From assembly GCA_965655095.1 (NCBI GenBank), contig OZ296648.1, positions 34,782,001 to 34,846,000 of the forward strand: a DNA stretch of 64,000 nucleotides, written 5' to 3'. The DNA comes from Haplodiscus bocki. Its lineage: Eukaryota. This document shows positions 59,522 to 64,000 of this stretch, piece after piece. The notes below the pieces were generated by a model. It did no database searches. It was not told the origin of the DNA and was given only the letters and a program-made list of their open reading frames with translations. Numbering within the stretch: the stretch's first letter is position 1; each line of letters opens with the position of its first letter. Made by a program: the position numbers and the translations under genes.

Positions 59522-61941
59522 ATGCCATCAATTCTCCTACTCAATGCACGATCAGTTAAAACGAAACTCGGTCTATCAAATCTTCAAATTGATCTCAAAC
59601 TTCTAAAACCTGACATATGCCTAATTACTGAAACATGGTTGAAAAGCGATATCAGCAACAGTTCGCTACAAATTGATGGCTACCAATTTTTCAGAGCAGA
59701 TAAAAACTTTTGTTCAAACAAGAAAAATAGAGGTGGTGGAGTCTGCGTTTATATAAAAAATTGTCTGGAATCACAAAAACTCCAGTTTTTGGAAGGAACA
59801 TTTACAAACAACAACTACGAGCATATTTGGATCAAATTAATCATAAGAGAACGCATTATTATCATAGGCTGCATTTACTATCCTCCAGATGGCAACATAG
59901 ACTCTGAATTAGTAGATCTCATCCTGAATATGCGTCAGCTATCTGAAAATCAGTTTCCAGGCTGTTACTTCCTAACAGGAGGAGACTTCAACTCTTTTGA
60001 TGAATCCTTGCTACTCAACTTCTCGGACTTAGAACTAATCCCATCTGCCCCAACCAGAGAAAACAAAACGCTGGACAAAATTTTTATTAATCACTGTGGA
60101 CTTTATAAAGAGGCACAAGTAATTGAAACTTATCTCAAGTCTGATCACAAAGGAGTACTCTGTGAGACAACGCAACCACATACTGAGAGATGTTTCAGAA
60201 CGTTTCGGGAAACAAAATTCAGAAATAAGCAGCAACTTGGACTCTTTTTAGACTCAATTGATATACTTGAGGCTACAAATGCCACAGATCCGAACTCCAG
60301 CTACGAAAACTTACATAACTTGATAATGGAAGCTCTTGATCAAACCTGCCCATTAAAGAAATATAAACTGTCCGACCGGGACCCACCTTTCATGACACCG
60401 TACTTGAAATCGCTACTGAAAAGGAAATACCAACTCAAACGCAGAAACAGGTCCTCTGTGAATTTAGAAGAAGAAATTAAAAATGAAATAAAGAAAAATT
60501 TGACTCGTGGAAAGAGAGGAACAGCTTTATGGTGGAAGGAGATCAACACATTAGCGGGAAGAACCAAAGGTAAATCGACCATCAAATATAATGCGCATGA
60601 ACTTAATGATTTTTTCGCGAATATCTGCACAACTGAGAACTATAGAAAACCAGAACAGAAATCAACGACCTCCGAAGAAGTTCCTGAGATAACAATTCAG
60701 CAAGTCTATGATGAACTAAGAAACTTAAAAAGAACTACCACTGGTCCAGACGGGATCCCTTTTCGGCTACTCAAAGACAATGCACATAACTTTGCCGAAC
60801 CGCTTGCGGTTATCTTCAAAGCGTCTATCAAACAGGCATTGGTCCCAGCAGTCTTCAAAATGGCAAGAATTGTGCCAATTCCGAAGACATCAGAACCAAA
60901 GAATTTCGGAGTCTATAGACCGGTCTCAATCACCTCGATAGTTTCAAGAATCTTCGAAAAAATTGTCATGAAACGGTATGTGTCCTCCCAATATAATACT
61001 TGGCTACCATCGAACCAACATGGATTCAGAAATGGTGCTTCAACGACCACAGCCATACTGGAACTTCAAAATCACGTAGCCAGTTCCGAAGAAAAACATT
61101 TTGATTACATGCGAATTTTATCTGTGGACCTGAGTAAAGCGTTTGACAGGGTACAGCACAATTTAATAGTTGAGAAACTGAGTAAAGTTGATCCACCTAT
61201 CAACAACTATATAATTAACTGGATATCGAATTTCCTCACTGATCGACAGATTTACACTCAATTCGAAGCCCAAACGTCAGACCTGCGTCTGATAAATCAA
61301 GGAGTACCACAAGGGACAGTCCAGTGGATTCCTTAAAAAGATGGTGCGACGAGAATAGATTCACTTTAAACGAAACAAAAACAAAAGTCCTAACAGTGAA
61401 CGTCAAACGAAGAGAATCCAGCCTGTTAAAACATGAAGAAATAGCAAAAGTTGACGAAATGAAAGTTTTAGGATTCATACTAGATAACAAATTGAGCTTT
61501 AAATCACATGTTCTACAATCCTGTAAGAAGGCATCGAGCATCTGCTTTCTACTGGTTAGGCTGAAAAACTTAGGTTTCACTCCTGAAGTTCTAGCTCTAC
61601 TTTACAAGTCCCTGGTATTGAGCATCCTTACCTATGGCTTACCAGTCTGGGGAGGCGCTCCGATTAGCACTCTACAGAACATCGACAAAGTCCAGAAGCG
61701 GGCTATGAACTTAGGAATTATCAAAAGATTTACACCAATTAAACGCCTCATTGAAGAGAACGACATCCAACTTCTACAGAAGATGAAATCACCGAACCAC
61801 ATTCTACATCACCTCCTCCCAACAAGATCTGAATATGCAGACGGAAGACTGCGAACTCGCGAAACATCAAGCAACTTTAAACTTGAAAAAAACATGAAAT
61901 TGTTTCCGCATAGAGCCTTGAGAAAACTTTCCTTTAAATGA
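59522..61941 (+). pseudogene. LINE ORF2 (APE endonuclease plus RT) with deletion and frameshift at ~61321
   Basis: NARS, ITETWL, GGGV, GDFN, LDKI and SDH for APE; GPDGI, YRPVS, QHGF, DLSKAFD and GVPQGT for RT. The sequence then jumps directly to DSLKRWC with no YADD segment. Confidence 0.93.
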
Positions 61942-63495
61942 ACGCTACTACTACCAAACCTGATTGATTGTTCCTTTTTGTTATTTGTATTTAAATCATA
62001 GTATTTCTGATGTGTTTGAGAAATAATTAATTCTTTCTTTCTTTCTTTCTTTCTTTTTGCTTTACTTTCTCAACGAAAATAGCTTTTCGTTCTAGGTTTC
62101 TGAGACAGAATCTTCCGTTTTGAATTCCTGCGAAGCCAAGTATTTGTCATGGCTTCTTTTTTCACAGAAAGTCGTCTCTTCACAAGACTTGATCACGTTG
62201 TTCTGCTTGAGGATGACCGAATATCCTGCTCCACGTTTTGGTGGCAGTTGCACTGGACGGCGTTAATTTGTCAGAACGGGCTAAGCATGTCGATACCCCG
62301 CGACATTTCCCACAACTAGTTCCTACCGAGGACAACGTATGTTTTAGGTGTTTTCCAGGCGGCGATTTTTCTTTGTTTTAATTAAAAGCCGACTCTTTAA
62401 ATCACTTTTTCTTTGATTTTGGAGCTTAGAGACTTTATTACTTTTTGCGTGGCGAAATATTTCAGAGTATGCAATTATAGTCTATAGCAAACCCGAGCAG
62501 TTAATCGTAAATACGAAAAGGTGCCTCCTACGAAAATTTTCGGTACTGGGATGCATAAAAAGTCTCGTGCAAGGATCGTTATAACCCCCCTCTCCCTATA
62601 TATACAGTGTTTCGGTACCGTAGTTTTTCAAACACCAGAAGCTACTCTAGGGATTTTTTCGGTTCTGTGGGACTTCGGTTTTTTGATACCACCACCCTGC
62701 GGTTTACTCATTAATTGAGAAAGCTTCGGGTGCCAAAGTGTGACATTCCTTAATGCTGGAATCAACTCAAATGCATTTACGTTTATAAATTTGTGATATG
62801 ACCTAATTTATGATTTTCTCTCGATTGCTGATGTTTAGAATGCTTTCTCAATATATGGTACCGTCATTGACACTGTAGAGTCTCTGAAGCGTATCGGTGC
62901 AGGACTTCTTTTCTGGCTTCTGACTGCCCCTTACTCGAACACGGGCTAGTTGCCACTCTTTGTCTGGGCCCGGTCTGCGCTGTCCTTTTTGAACGCTCGG
63001 AATAGAAAATGGTATTTCTACTCTGATTTTCAGTCAGACTAATGTAATCGTTTGACTTGGGCAATGGCTGAGTGCAAAAAATGTACCAAAAAACTCATCA
63101 GAATGCAGAATATCTTATACAAGTAAGTTGATCCTTAAATAGCATCCGCTGTGCGTTGTATTATTACTATATTGACTTTGATATGTAAATGTCCGAGAGA
63201 GTGTTTGCACCGAGGTAATGACATTATGTTAGAACGATAGCTAATACATAGACAAACAATTGTCTCAAATACAAAGGTTGGTTGATCTCCCTTCTTGTTT
63301 GAAAAGCATGCACATGGTCAAGGAAGGATTCAGCAAAAATAATTTTTTATTATGGAACATCAAGAAATGAATATTGCCCTCAAACTTAGCTTTCCATACC
63401 TTAGTTCAATAATTGCTTGCCAAAAATACAAAAGTATATAATAAAATACGAAAAGACAAGGAGAGACGTTGGAGTTCATCGGCAAGTGGATAGCT

Positions 63496-64000
63496 TCAGT
63501 TTGATGAGTCAGGGACCGATTCCAAAGTACAGGCGGCATTTCCTCTTGGAACGGCGATGCTGAGGCGTTGTCGTAGCCAAGCAAAGGAGCATTTCTCACC
63601 TGTCTGCTCCTCGATACGCTGGCCAAGCGTTCTTAGGAAGGACCAACTGGAGTCACCGGTGCCCCTCAAAGTTTCAATAGCTACAGGTTCGAGGATGTAA
63701 CAAGAGTGAATATCATTATAACGCTGTCGTTTGATGGCTTCCTTGGCTGTAGCAACAGAGGAGCCTTCTTGTCTCCCTTTGGACAGGTGCGACGCTGCCA
63801 GACGGTCAACATAAGTGAAGTCCCAAGCTAAGGAGCGGCCTCGACCAAGGCAGCATTGTGACACCGTCAGGACGACGACCGTCGTTTCTCATCAGACGAG
63901 TAGGTTCCAATGTTGATGGGATGCAGGCACTTTGCAGAGACTCTCTGATGACTTCATTGCCCACTTGATGGCGGGTGAATCTCGACTTGATCGATTTGCA
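63496..64000 (-). mobile_element. 3' end of a CRE-type non-LTR retrotransposon (restriction-like endonuclease domain), running off the window
   Basis: RHQVGNEVIRESL..LEP..DGRRPDGVT..LAWDFTYVD..AKEAIKRQRY..PVAIET..LRQRLSIAVPRGNA. Confidence 0.87.

Larger units (their letters stand above)
58280..62058 (+). mobile_element. Near full-length L2-group (Crack/Daphne-like) LINE with internal RT deletion
   Basis: 5' UTR, PHD-containing ORF1, APE-RT ORF2, short 3' UTR and (TTTC)n tail at 62031-62058. 5' boundary approximate. Confidence 0.92.

Noticed and set aside
62515-62700. Two degenerate TTTTCGGT-CTG-G motifs ~120 bp apart, possible satellite relic
   Set aside because: Similarity is too short to establish a repeat unit within this window.

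Overview
Eukaryotic (metazoan-type), AT-rich DNA made almost entirely of nested mobile elements; no host gene, rRNA, tRNA gene or CRISPR array is recognisable. The centrepiece is a very young, full-length 14.5-kb env-bearing Ty3/Gypsy element (14222-28738). It has ~1.9-kb near-identical LTRs, an ATTGC target-site duplication, a tRNA-Asn-type PBS, a UUUAAAC -1 frameshift and an F-type class I fusion env. Its Pol carries an extra ~140-aa TARG1/OARD1/DarG-like macrodomain between RNase H and integrase, which is the most interesting feature of the window. Around it lie two decayed Polinton/Maverick elements with different gene orders (minus strand ~290-14000; plus strand ~33550-41630), a 1.1-kb tandem duplication, a 31-bp two-variant minisatellite, an old decayed Gypsy, several CR1/L2-group LINE relics (one split by a Mag-type LTR element), a near full-length L2-group LINE whose ORF1 and ORF2 are in frame across a single UGA-CUA stop, and the 3' end of a CRE-type RLE retrotransposon. 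All protein assignments come from manual motif recognition, not database searches, and the boundaries of decayed elements are approximate.
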